A DNA stretch of 64,000 nt from Chthonomonadales bacterium (GTDB taxonomy: Bacteria > Armatimonadota > Chthonomonadetes > Chthonomonadales > CAJBBX01). How positions within the stretch are numbered: the stretch's first letter is position 1; each line of letters opens with the position of its first letter. The position numbers were made by a program, and so were the translations under genes. Below are positions 40,331-50,573 of this stretch, piece after piece. The notes under the pieces are model-generated. The model was given only the letters and a program-made list of their open reading frames with translations, made no database searches and was not told the DNA's origin. Location: NCBI GenBank assembly GCA_049967475.1, contig JBMFSQ010000003.1, positions 73,529-137,528 of the forward strand, read 5' to 3'.

Positions 40331-41623
40331 ATGACTGAAGAACGTGGCCAGGATCGTAATCACGTTACGCGGCGCCAGTTCCTAAAAACATCGGCTGCAA
40401 GCGCCGCAGCGTCTCTGTTCGCGGCGATGCCGCCGGGCCTCGGCTATGTGCAGGGATCCGACCGCATCAAAGTAGGGGTCATCGGCTGTGGCGGTCGCGG
40501 AACAGGTGCGACGCATGATTGCGCGAACGCTGCGCCGGGCGTGGTCATCTGGGCGCTGGGCGACATGTTCCGCGACCGCCTCGACGGATGCCGAGGCTCC
40601 CTGGCTCAACTCGGTAACAAAGCCGAGGTCACCGACAGCCGCTGCTTTGTAGGCTTGGACGCCTATAAAGGCGTACTCGGCAGCGGCGTGGACCTGGTGA
40701 TCCTCGCGACGCCCCCAGGCTTTCGGCCGATCCACTTTCAGGCGGCAGTAGAGGCGGGCAAGCATGTCTTTATGGAGAAGCCTGTCGGCACGGACGCGCC
40801 GGGCATCCGCAAGATCTTGGCGGCCGCCGGCCTGGCGGAGCAGAAGGGGCTGGCCGTGGTAGCCGGCACTCAAAGGCGGCATCAGGCGAGTTATGTGGAG
40901 GCCATCAAGCGCATCCATGATGGAGCGATCGGCGATCTGGTTGCCGGCCAGGTCTACTGGAACGGCGGCGGCGTGGGCAACGGCGTGCCGCCCAAGGCGC
41001 CGGGGCAGACAGACCTGGAATGGATGATACGCTCGTGGTATCAGTTCTTGTGGCTCTGCGGAGACCATATCGTAGAGCAGCACGTTCATAACCTGGACGT
41101 AGCCAACTGGGTATTCAACGCGCACCCCGTGAGCGCCATGGGCGTGGGAGGTCGCTCCCAGCGCACCGATCCTGTGCGCTTTCCCATGATCTTCGATCAC
41201 TTCGCCATAGACTACGAATATCCTAACGGCGTGCACATCTTGAGTATGTGTCGCCATTGGGACGATTGCCCGGGGAATGTGTCCGAGCATATCGTGGGAA
41301 CAAAGGGTACTGCCAATCCGTGGGGACAGATTTCGGGACCCAATGCATGGCGGTTCTCGGGCAATAACCCCAATCCCTATGTTCAGGAGCATGCGGACCT
41401 AATCGCGAGCATCCGGGCAGGAAAGCCGCTCAATGAGGCGCGCCAGGTAGCGGAGAGTACTCTCACCGCGATCATGGGACGTATGGCGGCCTATACAGGC
41501 CAGGTGATCACTTGGGACCAGGCGCTCAATTCGCAAGAGAACCTGTATCCCGATCTTACCGATCCCAAGGCTCCGATCCCTGTAGGCAAGCCGCCGGTTC
41601 CAGGCAAAACGCATTTCGTGTAA
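40331..41623 (+). CDS. Tat-exported Gfo/Idh/MocA oxidoreductase
   Basis: TRRQFLK Tat motif, IGCGGRG, HVFMEKP, EQHVHNLD. Confidence 0.93.
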   Translation: MTEERGQDRNHVTRRQFLKTSAASAAASLFAAMPPGLGYVQGSDRIKVGVIGCGGRGTGATHDCANAAPGVVIWALGDMFRDRLDGCRGSLAQLGNKAEVTDSRCFVGLDAYKGVLGSGVDLVILATPPGFRPIHFQAAVEAGKHVFMEKPVGTDAPGIRKILAAAGLAEQKGLAVVAGTQRRHQASYVEAIKRIHDGAIGDLVAGQVYWNGGGVGNGVPPKAPGQTDLEWMIRSWYQFLWLCGDHIVEQHVHNLDVANWVFNAHPVSAMGVGGRSQRTDPVRFPMIFDHFAIDYEYPNGVHILSMCRHWDDCPGNVSEHIVGTKGTANPWGQISGPNAWRFSGNNPNPYVQEHADLIASIRAGKPLNEARQVAESTLTAIMGRMAAYTGQVITWDQALNSQENLYPDLTDPKAPIPVGKPPVPGKTHFV

Positions 41624-41681
41624 CGCGTGTGTCAGGGGGAGCAGTGTATCAAGGCTCCCCCTCAAGCAAGGAGGCAAAACC

Positions 41682-42014
41682 ATGCCCGTTGTCCTTACGC
41701 GGTCTTCATCGGGCAGCACCGGGAAGGGATCAGCCGGAAGCAGCCCGGGAGGCATTCGGAAGCCGAAAATGCTCGCTGCTGCCATCGGGGTGCTTGTCCT
41801 GGTACTGCTTCTGGCGGCGGGTGGTTACTGGCTGCTGGGAGGGAGCAAGGCATCCGTACCTTCTTCCACCCCTTCCGCGATGCCGGAAGCCGGCGGAGCT
41901 GCTTTCACTCCGCCCCGGAAGCCTGCACCTCCTGTGGGGGCGGGTAACCTCCAAGGAGCGGCCGCTCCGAACATGCCGGTAGACATCCGAGATCAGACCG
42001 AATTCGGCAAGTAG
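41682..42014 (+). CDS. Small single-TM Pro-rich protein
   Basis: AAGGAGG SD; hydrophobic stretch LAAAIGVLVLVLLLAAGGYWLL. Confidence 0.7.
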   Translation: MPVVLTRSSSGSTGKGSAGSSPGGIRKPKMLAAAIGVLVLVLLLAAGGYWLLGGSKASVPSSTPSAMPEAGGAAFTPPRKPAPPVGAGNLQGAAAPNMPVDIRDQTEFGK

Positions 42015-42129
42015 GGGAGCGCACCTTCCGCGTGCACTCAATCGTGTGCGCGCTGAGTACCGCTTGTGTTTCAACAAGCTGCATGCCGCCTCTGGGCATT
42101 CGCCAACCTGTACCTGGAAAGGAGAGCCC

Positions 42130-42789
42130 ATGTCTGCCCGTGTCTTCACAACGACGTCTATCCTTCTTTTGTGCGCCGGCCTTCTCACAAGCCCGTACTG
42201 GGTTCGTGCTGCCGGGTTCCGCGCAGAGAGCGGCACCATCGCGCAGGTGGACTTGCAGCGTGTCTATCTGGCCAGCGACGCTCGCAAGGCTGCGCAGCAG
42301 CACATCCGGCAATATGGCCAAATCCTCTTCGAGCGGTACGCCGCAACCGCGCGCCTCAAATACCTCAACCCCGACGAACTCACGCAGTATACGCAGGCCG
42401 TCAACGCCCAAAATCCCACCCCTGAGGACAAAGCCACCGTGTCGCGCCTGGAAGCGGAATCCACGCGCCGCATGGCCGAGATGCAGGCGTTGAGTGAGAA
42501 GAAGCAGTCCGATCTCACGGATGCTGATCGAAAGCGCATCAAGGAGCTGAGCGACATTCAGGCTCTTCAACCGCAAGCGCTGGAAACGCTTCGAAACATC
42601 TATCAACAGATGGTGACCGATGAGCAGGACAAGGCAACGCAGCAGGGATTGGCTGAGGTCCGCGCCATCGTGCGGAAGGTAGCGAAGGAGCATTCCATCA
42701 CCGAGGTGTTCGACACATCCAGCCTCGTGGTAGCTCCCGTGGATCTTACGGACGAAGTTCTCGCTCGAGCGACGGGCAAGAAGCGCTAG
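42130..42789 (+). CDS. OmpH/Skp-like periplasmic chaperone
   Basis: Signal peptide; IAQVDLQRV...coiled coil...KVAKEHSITEVFD...VDLTDEVL. Confidence 0.8.
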   Translation: MSARVFTTTSILLLCAGLLTSPYWVRAAGFRAESGTIAQVDLQRVYLASDARKAAQQHIRQYGQILFERYAATARLKYLNPDELTQYTQAVNAQNPTPEDKATVSRLEAESTRRMAEMQALSEKKQSDLTDADRKRIKELSDIQALQPQALETLRNIYQQMVTDEQDKATQQGLAEVRAIVRKVAKEHSITEVFDTSSLVVAPVDLTDEVLARATGKKR

Positions 42790-42810
42790 GAGCTCAATTT
42801 GGGGCATGCC

Positions 42811-43581
42811 CTACCCGCGGAACGCACGGAAGAGCGTTTCCGCGAATTTGGGTACGCCGGTGGCCGCTGGCTCAGGTTCTTCGTACTCCATAGCGATATA
42901 TCCATGATAGCCGGCGCCTTCCAGGATCGTTCGCACCCGCATGTAATCCACCGCTTCGCGGCCGGAGGGACCGTTATAATGGACCTTGGCGTGGGTTGCT
43001 GCAGCGTACGGAGCACAGCGTTCAAACTGGCCGTAAACATCCCCGACGAAGTTGCCGAAATCGAGGTTCAACCGCAGCCAATCGCTCCCCACTGCGCCGA
43101 GCAGCCTGAGCGTGCCCTCGGCGTTGGCTGTCAGGCCGCCATGGTTCTCTAGGGCTAAGATCACCCCTTCCTGCTCGGCTGCAGAGGCACATTCCTGCAA
43201 ACATTCGACGCACCAACGGAAGGACTGCTCCTCGGTCACGCCTTCTCGGATCGGGCCGGCAAAAACGCGCAGCGTCGGGGCCCCAAGCACCACAGAGTGT
43301 CGGATCCAATCCTTGGTCATTTGGATGTGTGACCGGCGCGCTGCGGCGTCAGGTTGGGTGAAATCGCTTCCCACTGCGGTTCCAGACACGGTGAGCCCAA
43401 GTTCATGCACGTTGCGCTTGATATGATTGAGGTACGATCGGTCGGTAGTGGGAAAATAGTAAGCCGTTAGCTCAGCGGCGTCAAAGCCCACCTTGGCGAT
43501 CGTGTCCAAAAAGTCTTCCAGGGTCATGGATCCGTTCTGCAGTTCCTCCCGATAGGAATAGGCGCAGCATGCAATGCGCAT
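42811..43581 (-). CDS. Sugar phosphate isomerase/epimerase (xylose-isomerase-like TIM barrel)
   Basis: LALENHGG, LNLDFGNF, HAK, GYIAMEYE. Confidence 0.9.
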   Translation of the reverse strand: MRIACCAYSYREELQNGSMTLEDFLDTIAKVGFDAAELTAYYFPTTDRSYLNHIKRNVHELGLTVSGTAVGSDFTQPDAAARRSHIQMTKDWIRHSVVLGAPTLRVFAGPIREGVTEEQSFRWCVECLQECASAAEQEGVILALENHGGLTANAEGTLRLLGAVGSDWLRLNLDFGNFVGDVYGQFERCAPYAAATHAKVHYNGPSGREAVDYMRVRTILEGAGYHGYIAMEYEEPEPAATGVPKFAETLFRAFRG

Positions 43582-43677
43582 CCCAACGATCCTCCCTCAA
43601 GTGCAGGCGCAGGAGTGGGCTGCGCCTTTCCATGGGTGAGTTCGCCGCACCATGTGTGTTTCCCTCCGATTGCAACG

Positions 43678-46167
43678 CTAAGCCATGGACACGGGGTCCA
43701 TATCTACCGAGATGCGCTGCCTCTGTGTAGAGGGGAGTCGGCTCAAGGCGTGGAGGATGTATTGGGGCAGGGGCGCCTCTGGGTGTGTGCGGACAACAAC
43801 GTGGATGCGGTAATTCCCTTTGAGCTTGGAGAGGGGTGCCGGGGCCGGTCCAATAACCTCCGCGGCGGTACCGACCTCCTTCTTGAGGGCTTCGGCTAGA
43901 AGAACCGCCTTGGCTTGCGCATGGGAGGCGCTTTCGTCGAAGCATACGAGGTTGGCGAGCCTGGCGAATGGCGGGTAGCGCAGCTCATCGCGAAACGCGA
44001 TTTCGCGGCGATAGAAGCCTTCATAATCATGAGATGCAGCCATCTGGAGGCTGTAGTGCTCCGGATCGAACGTCTGTACCAGCACGCGCCCTGGTTCGTC
44101 GCCGCGCCCGGAACGGCCCGCCACCTGGGTTACAAGCTGAAAGGTTCGTTCGGCTGCGCGGAAGTCCGGCATATTGATACTGGTGTCTGCGCTTACCACG
44201 CCCACGAGCGTCACATCGGGGAAATCGAGCCCCTTGGCTACCATTTGGGTGCCGATGAGAACATTCACTTCGCCGCGCCGGAAGGCGTTCAGGATCGCCG
44301 CATGGGCGCCTTTTCGGGCGGTAGTGTCCCGATCCATGCGGGCGATGCGAGCCTCAGGAATGACGCGGGCCGTCTCTTCTTCTACCCGCTCCGTGCCCAG
44401 GCCGAAGCCCCGGATGCGCGTCCCGCCGCATTGCGGGCAAAGATGCGGGACGGTTCTTTGGTAATTGCAATGGTGGCATTTGAGCGCCGTCTCGGCTGCG
44501 TGAAGCGTAAGGGACACTGCGCAGTTCGGACAGCGGATGACGTGCCCGCAATCGCGGCACAGCATGAACTGCGAGTATCCGCGGCGGTTGAGGAAGAGGA
44601 TTGCCTGTTTTCCCCGACCCAGCTCCCTGCGCAGACCTTGCACAAGCGGTTCGCTCAGGAGGCACCGGCTGCGCTTCCACTCCTCGCGCATGTCTACAAT
44701 CTGCACCTCCGGCAAGGGGCGGCGATCTATGCGCTCCTCCATGCGGATGCAGGCGATGCGTCCGCGGTCCGCTTCATAAAAGGTTTCGAGGGACGGCGTC
44801 GCGCTGCCGAGAACAACGAGGGCGTCGAGGCTGCGCGCTCGCTGCCGGGCTACGTCCCGGGCATGATATCTCGGCGTCGTTTCCTGTTTATAGCTCGGCT
44901 CATGTTCCTCATCCAGAATGAAGAGGCCTATGTTGCTCAAAGGCGCGAATACGGCGGATCGGGCGCCCACGGCGATTTTGGCCGCACCCTGCTGGAGCCT
45001 GCGCCACTCGTCGTACCGCTCTCCCTCCGATAGGCCGCTATGAAGTACTGCTACCAAGTCTCCAAACCGGCGTGCGAATATCCCAACCAATTGGGTGGTC
45101 AGCGCAATTTCCGGCAGGAGCACTACAGCGTTGCGGCCGGTTGCCAGTACATGCTCGATCGCGTGGAGATAAACCTCGGTCTTCCCGGATGCCGTTACCC
45201 CAAACAGTAAGGCTTCTCGATTGTTGTGTGTACTCTCGGCGCCGGATGCAAGCGACGCGAGCTCTGCAATGGCGCGGTCTTGCCAAGGTGTGAGGGACAC
45301 GGGCGTTTCGCCGGAACGGACACCGGCGTATGGGATCCGGCGGACGGGCACCCGTTCGGCCAGGATCGCTCCCCGGGCTGCCATGCTTCGAAGCAGCGAC
45401 GGAGACACGCGGGCTTTCTCGGCCAAGTCGCCTGCTGGTATAGGGGCCTTTCCTTCTCGCGCCAGCACCGCCAGTACGTCGAGTACCCGCTTGGCTTCGG
45501 CGGAGAGCCGCGTCGTCAGTGGGGAGGCCACCGGGCCCAAGGAATAGCCGAGGATCGTTCGCTGCGTGATGCGGGGCTGCACGAGGCGGTATTCTTCACG
45601 GATGAGCCCTTTGCGCACGAGAGCGGAATAAGCCGATGGGAAGCTGCCGACGGCGCACGCCTTGCGCAAAGCTTCGGCCGACGCCCTGCCTCCCATCCTC
45701 TTGAGAGTTGTGAGCACGTGCGCTTGGAGGATGGATCTGTCGGCCACTTCCGGTTCCATTTGGGAGGATGCCAGCGTAACCACCTTCTCGAGGGAGAAGG
45801 CCATACCCGCAGGTACCACGCAGCGGACCGCGGAAAGGAGATCGCATACGTAGGCCTCCGCCAGCCAGTGGACGAGTGCTACCTGTTGCGCGTCCAACGT
45901 GACGGCCCCGTGGATACGGCCCATTAGCGGCTTCAGAATGGCCGCGAGTGGGTCGCTCCTATGCATGCGCCGCACCTGCATTACGTATCCGATGCGCTCC
46001 TGTCCACCGAATGGCACCAGTACGCATTCGCCTACGCCCAAATCTCGGAGATGATGGGGGATTGCATAGGTATACGTTGGGCGCAGGTCCGGCGCTTCAG
46101 CGTCTACAACAACATCGGCAACGGCCGCATCGTCCAATTCCGGCCAGAGTGAGGGGTCAGGCAACAT
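43678..46167 (-). CDS. priA: Primosomal protein N' (replication restart helicase)
   Basis: GVTASGKTEVY, DEEH, SATPS, four CxxC pairs, GTQMVAKGLDFP, QVAGRSGR. Confidence 0.98.
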   Translation of the reverse strand: MLPDPSLWPELDDAAVADVVVDAEAPDLRPTYTYAIPHHLRDLGVGECVLVPFGGQERIGYVMQVRRMHRSDPLAAILKPLMGRIHGAVTLDAQQVALVHWLAEAYVCDLLSAVRCVVPAGMAFSLEKVVTLASSQMEPEVADRSILQAHVLTTLKRMGGRASAEALRKACAVGSFPSAYSALVRKGLIREEYRLVQPRITQRTILGYSLGPVASPLTTRLSAEAKRVLDVLAVLAREGKAPIPAGDLAEKARVSPSLLRSMAARGAILAERVPVRRIPYAGVRSGETPVSLTPWQDRAIAELASLASGAESTHNNREALLFGVTASGKTEVYLHAIEHVLATGRNAVVLLPEIALTTQLVGIFARRFGDLVAVLHSGLSEGERYDEWRRLQQGAAKIAVGARSAVFAPLSNIGLFILDEEHEPSYKQETTPRYHARDVARQRARSLDALVVLGSATPSLETFYEADRGRIACIRMEERIDRRPLPEVQIVDMREEWKRSRCLLSEPLVQGLRRELGRGKQAILFLNRRGYSQFMLCRDCGHVIRCPNCAVSLTLHAAETALKCHHCNYQRTVPHLCPQCGGTRIRGFGLGTERVEEETARVIPEARIARMDRDTTARKGAHAAILNAFRRGEVNVLIGTQMVAKGLDFPDVTLVGVVSADTSINMPDFRAAERTFQLVTQVAGRSGRGDEPGRVLVQTFDPEHYSLQMAASHDYEGFYRREIAFRDELRYPPFARLANLVCFDESASHAQAKAVLLAEALKKEVGTAAEVIGPAPAPLSKLKGNYRIHVVVRTHPEAPLPQYILHALSRLPSTQRQRISVDMDPVSMA

Positions 46168-46307
46168 GGCGATCCTGAACGGCGGGTTGGTCGTCCTGCA
46201 TGCGGTTGATTGTGCGGGAGCACGGCTTCTTACGGCACCCCATCATGGATGCGGATGGGCCGGTCCATCGGGTGTAGTGTCGGCGCACCGGGTGTGGGAG
46301 CACGGTT

Positions 46308-49300
46308 CTAGGAAAGAACGACGGCCAACGTCTTACCTTCCGGCACCTCCACAGGATGCTCCATCGTTATGCGGATCTCTCCTTGCTCGGATTTCCAGGT
46401 AGCGGCAACCGTGCGACCGGCCAGAGACACCCGAACCGATCGCGGTGCGTGGTGTGCCTGGAGATGCAGGTGCGCCAGCCGGAGAGAACCTTCCACAACG
46501 CGTATCTCGTTGCGCTGCCCGTTGCCGCGGCGCACTTGGACGAGGCTGCCCCAGCCTAGCGGACCGCTGAAGAAGCTCTGGAAGCGGTCTGGGTGGATGC
46601 GCGGCTTGAAGGTAAGCGCGGCAGCAGGTCCGTCGTAGTGAAAGCCCGAGGCGGCCAGCAGTATGGACCAAGAGGACATGGCCCGAGCGTAATGCCCTCC
46701 ACACTCGATCTCATTCCAGGGGTTGCGTGGAATTGGAGGTCTTGGGATGCCGTCGTAGCGGCCACGCGCTCCTTTGATGATCGTGAAGGCTTCTTCGAGC
46801 ATCCCCTCATAGATGAGGTGGGCCGCCACCTGATATTCAATGCCCGTCCACACTTCGTCGGAATAGAGCATCACGATGGGCGGTCTGCCGCCGCGAGGCC
46901 AAGTGCAAATGATGAGCCCCTGGTCGCCGTTTCCGGCGAAGGCCCGGGGTGCGTGGTGCCAGCCTGTGAGGTCGGGCTTCCAGTTGTAGCGAACGATGGC
47001 GCGAAGGGCCGATGCAACGTGTTCCCGCGGAAGGATATACCCGAGCCCCAGTTGGTGCGCCCACCATTGCCCGATCAATTGGTCGCTCATGCACCCGGGC
47101 CCCACCTCACCCGGCATCTTTTCGTATCCCGGAAGGTGCTGCTGGAAGTATTCGCCATTCCAGCAGAGGCGCATGAGGTTCTGTTGGCCTAGCCGGAAGA
47201 TAGATCGGTATCGTTCCGCGGCACGCGCGTCTCCCATTCGGCGGGCCCACTCCTCGCCCGCGCGCAGAGCCGCCAGATAGTATCCGCTGATGAAGGTAGT
47301 GACACCGTGGAGAGCTTCATCATACGTGTTCCATTGATCGTCCTGAAGGATGCCTTGAGGCTCACCGCCGTTGGAGGCTGCGTCCCGTGCGATGAGGTAC
47401 TCCACCGCCCGTTGCACCCGCGGCCAGTATTCGCGGAAAACGGTGTCGTCGGGGTAGTTCAGGGCTTCACGATAGGCTTTCAATATGGTGCTTGCGTGGC
47501 CGTCTGCAAAGGGATGTTCCCCAGTTGGATGGGGCGGCGACGGCACATCTGTTCGATTATTGATGCCCCCATCCTGCCGCTGCTGATGCAGGAAGTCCAC
47601 GCGGCGCATTTCGCGCTCCAGTTCCGGGAATACACGGCTGAGCGTCTGCTCATATCCCCATACGTGGGTACAGGTGGGTTGACAGCAGCCGTTGGAACCC
47701 TCCCAGCCGTACACATCTCCATTGGCGATGCGGAATACCACCCCGATGTGGCGGATCGTGGCCATCTGCGAGGTGAGGCAATCCAGGAGCCAATAGGGAA
47801 GGCTGGTTGCGTAGAACGTGTCCCGAAAGCGCTGGGTGCGGCGGCGAACGGACGAGAAGGAGCGCATCAGTTCTTGGGCCACATCCGCTGCGCTGGGCCA
47901 AACGGTGCTGTAGTGGTTGCCCATCCATTCGCCGGCTGCATTGTACTTGTTGGGATACCACCACGACAATATAAAGGGTACCTCCAGCGTCTTGCCGGGC
48001 GGGACAACGATGGAGGAAGCAATCCCTCCATTGATTGTCTTTCCGGCTGAGGTGGGTTGCTGCTGCGGGTGGCGGTTGGCCCCGAAACCGGACCGAGCAT
48101 CGAGCTTCTCCCAAGCTTCCATCCACTCGATGAAGGAGGGAAGCGTGGTCACTTTGCCTGCAAGGGCTGCCAAGGCCAGGGAACCGAAGCCTGGGGACTT
48201 AGCGGTAGCGGACCTGGGCGCATGGTACGCAGCCCCTGCGAGTGCGCAGATCTCGCGATAGGCCGAATGTTGGGCACCGGCGAGTTCCGCCTCGGCGGGA
48301 TCTAGAATGCGTCCGGGTACGAAGGCTACAGCGCCGGTCTTCAGGGGTCTCGTTATGGCTGTGTGCCCCGAAGGGAGGGGCTGTTCTCGTGCGCCCGGGC
48401 GCAAGGAAAGACCTCGATACTCAAACTTGCCGTCGGAACCGGTCTCCACGGATCGAATATATGCCGGCATGAGGTCTGCTAGGATACGGAGCGCGCCTTC
48501 GCCGGCCGGTAAGTCCGAGAAGACAATGTCGTCCACGTTGATATGACCCCAGCCTCCCGTTTCCTCGTCAACAATCTCGATGTGGGCAGTGCGCCCGGCG
48601 AACTCGCGAACGTCCCACCATGCCGGGATGAGCGCTTCGCTGTTTCTGCCGGATGCCGTTCGTACGGCTCTTCCTTCTACGATTAGGCGCATCTGAGTTC
48701 CGGGGTGGGAACCGCCGCCGATGCGGAATCGAATGAAGCGCCTCTGAATGGTGAATTCTGGGCTGATCAAGCGCCCCGTAGCGGCATCTCCTCCAAGGTA
48801 CGAGTTTACGAGACCCTGGCCCGTAAAGCCGCTGACGGGCTGTTGATTGGGCAGGGTCCCTCTGGCTGGCTCGGTGCCGAACGCCGTCCCTTCTACCTTC
48901 CAATCCCCGTATCCGTGCTCGAAGTCCTGGAACACCACGTCGGGCCGAATAGGGGTGCCGGCGTCGGTATGGCTGTAGCGCACGTATTCGGCAATGAGGC
49001 TCGGGTGATCCCCGCTGAGCACCAGAATGGCGCCGTGCTCCACCGCCCGGCGGGCTGCTTCCAGTAGCATGGGATCAAGGTCCGGAGCTGGGTCCTCGAG
49101 CCAGATGACGGTACCCGCCGCGCGTTCCGAAGATGGCGCATTCGCGAGCCGCTCGAAGGCGTCTACCTGAAGATCCCGCGGTCTCACGGCCGGTGTGGCG
49201 TTGAGGGCTTGGATGCTGATGTTCGTGTAGATGCGGAGCGGGCGATCCAGTGCTGCCGGGTCACTGGGGACGCATTCCATAAGGAGCATCCGTCCGGATG

Positions 49301-50006
49301 AGCGGTTTACGGCTCCCCCGAAATTGGGGTGGCTCGTGCCCAGGTCTTGCGGTCCTCGCGAGAACGGAGCCGCCGGCCCCATGGCGTCGTATCCTGCCGG
49401 ATTGCGCATGAGCGCGGCAATGGACACCGGAATGGGCTCTTGGGTAGGATTGTGCACTTTGAAAAGGAATACAGCCGCCGGCATGGAGGAGAGGCGTGTG
49501 TCCAGCGGCGAGAACGGGGTAAAGGCCTCGAGTTGAAGGCGTACAGGCAGGTCCGCGTCGTGGAATGTAAGTGTGGCACAGGGGTACTCGCCCCGCATTT
49601 CAATTTGGTGGATGCGGGGAAACTCCGGGCCGCCAGAAGTCTGAAGAAGTTTGCCTGCCTCACCTGCCTTGATGACGAAGAAGCACGGAACGTAGCCGTC
49701 CCGCAGAGTATTGAAGAGCTGCCACGTGGTGAGCTGCCCATCCGCGCCGATCTCGAAGTTCCCTGTACCGATGCCGCCCAGGTGCATCCGTGCATCAGTA
49801 TGCTTGTAGGAGAGGTACACGCGCGCCTCGCCGGGGTTAGGCGGATCGCCACGCCGATCCTCGCCTGCGGCCGCGTCTATGAGGGATGCGGATGCGGCCT
49901 TTGCGGCGAGGGCGGCGGCCGCACTGCTTCCTGCCAACAACATCAATTCACGCCGCGTTACACCGTAGGGACCGCAGCTTCCAGCGCAATTGCAATTCCT
50001 ACTCAC
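46308..50006 (-). CDS. Tat-exported GH116-family glycoside hydrolase with inserted domains
   Basis: TRRELM Tat-like motif, LGGIGTG, WEG...CTHVW, QWNTYD, DQLIGQW, EVWTGIEY, PWNEIECG.HYARAM. Confidence 0.88.
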   Translation of the reverse strand: MSRNCNCAGSCGPYGVTRRELMLLAGSSAAAALAAKAASASLIDAAAGEDRRGDPPNPGEARVYLSYKHTDARMHLGGIGTGNFEIGADGQLTTWQLFNTLRDGYVPCFFVIKAGEAGKLLQTSGGPEFPRIHQIEMRGEYPCATLTFHDADLPVRLQLEAFTPFSPLDTRLSSMPAAVFLFKVHNPTQEPIPVSIAALMRNPAGYDAMGPAAPFSRGPQDLGTSHPNFGGAVNRSSGRMLLMECVPSDPAALDRPLRIYTNISIQALNATPAVRPRDLQVDAFERLANAPSSERAAGTVIWLEDPAPDLDPMLLEAARRAVEHGAILVLSGDHPSLIAEYVRYSHTDAGTPIRPDVVFQDFEHGYGDWKVEGTAFGTEPARGTLPNQQPVSGFTGQGLVNSYLGGDAATGRLISPEFTIQRRFIRFRIGGGSHPGTQMRLIVEGRAVRTASGRNSEALIPAWWDVREFAGRTAHIEIVDEETGGWGHINVDDIVFSDLPAGEGALRILADLMPAYIRSVETGSDGKFEYRGLSLRPGAREQPLPSGHTAITRPLKTGAVAFVPGRILDPAEAELAGAQHSAYREICALAGAAYHAPRSATAKSPGFGSLALAALAGKVTTLPSFIEWMEAWEKLDARSGFGANRHPQQQPTSAGKTINGGIASSIVVPPGKTLEVPFILSWWYPNKYNAAGEWMGNHYSTVWPSAADVAQELMRSFSSVRRRTQRFRDTFYATSLPYWLLDCLTSQMATIRHIGVVFRIANGDVYGWEGSNGCCQPTCTHVWGYEQTLSRVFPELEREMRRVDFLHQQRQDGGINNRTDVPSPPHPTGEHPFADGHASTILKAYREALNYPDDTVFREYWPRVQRAVEYLIARDAASNGGEPQGILQDDQWNTYDEALHGVTTFISGYYLAALRAGEEWARRMGDARAAERYRSIFRLGQQNLMRLCWNGEYFQQHLPGYEKMPGEVGPGCMSDQLIGQWWAHQLGLGYILPREHVASALRAIVRYNWKPDLTGWHHAPRAFAGNGDQGLIICTWPRGGRPPIVMLYSDEVWTGIEYQVAAHLIYEGMLEEAFTIIKGARGRYDGIPRPPIPRNPWNEIECGGHYARAMSSWSILLAASGFHYDGPAAALTFKPRIHPDRFQSFFSGPLGWGSLVQVRRGNGQRNEIRVVEGSLRLAHLHLQAHHAPRSVRVSLAGRTVAATWKSEQGEIRITMEHPVEVPEGKTLAVVLS

Positions 50007-50524
50007 CGCATGCTTTCCTTCCCGGATCCATTCATAGGAGCCGACGGCTCATCGTCGCTCCGAAGGAATGTACCACTGCGGCCGCCGCTTTTGGACACGA
50101 GGCGGATAGAATGCACGACGGCGCTGCGGTCCACGGCTTTGACCATGTCGTAAACGGTCAAAGCTGCCAATGTCACCGCGGTGAGTGCCTCCATCTCCAC
50201 ACCCGTTCGGTCCACAGTGGAAGCATGGGCTTCGATTTCCACGCGGTCGTCTAGCACATCCAGATGAACTTCCACATGAGAGAGTGCGACCTGGTGGCAC
50301 AGAGGGATCAGCTCGCTGGTACGCTTCGCTGCCATGATGCCGGCGATCCGTGCTGCGGCAAACACGTCGCCCTTGGGCACCTTGCCATCCTTAAGAAGGC
50401 GGATGGTGGCCGGTGAAAGGATCACCGATGCGCGGGCTGTTGCGGTGCGCTCAGTGGTTGCCTTGTGGCCTACGGGCACCATTCTGGCTTGGCCGCTTCC
50501 GTCGAGATGCGTAAGGTTTTCCAT
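50003..50524 (-). CDS. moaC: Cyclic pyranopterin monophosphate synthase MoaC
   Basis: LTHLD..G.ARMV, LIPLCH, TGVEMEAL, YDMVKAVD, KSGGRSG. Confidence 0.96.
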   Translation of the reverse strand: MENLTHLDGSGQARMVPVGHKATTERTATARASVILSPATIRLLKDGKVPKGDVFAAARIAGIMAAKRTSELIPLCHQVALSHVEVHLDVLDDRVEIEAHASTVDRTGVEMEALTAVTLAALTVYDMVKAVDRSAVVHSIRLVSKSGGRSGTFLRSDDEPSAPMNGSGKESMR

Positions 50525-50573
50525 TCGGCGTTCTCCTCGAAAAAAGTCCCAAACCAAAATGTGCCTTGGAGGC

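Noticed and set aside
46212-46305. Two 14-nt near-identical direct repeats (GTGYGGGAGCACGG) 80 nt apart upstream of priA
   Set aside because: Only two short copies and no cas genes; not a CRISPR array, and could be chance.
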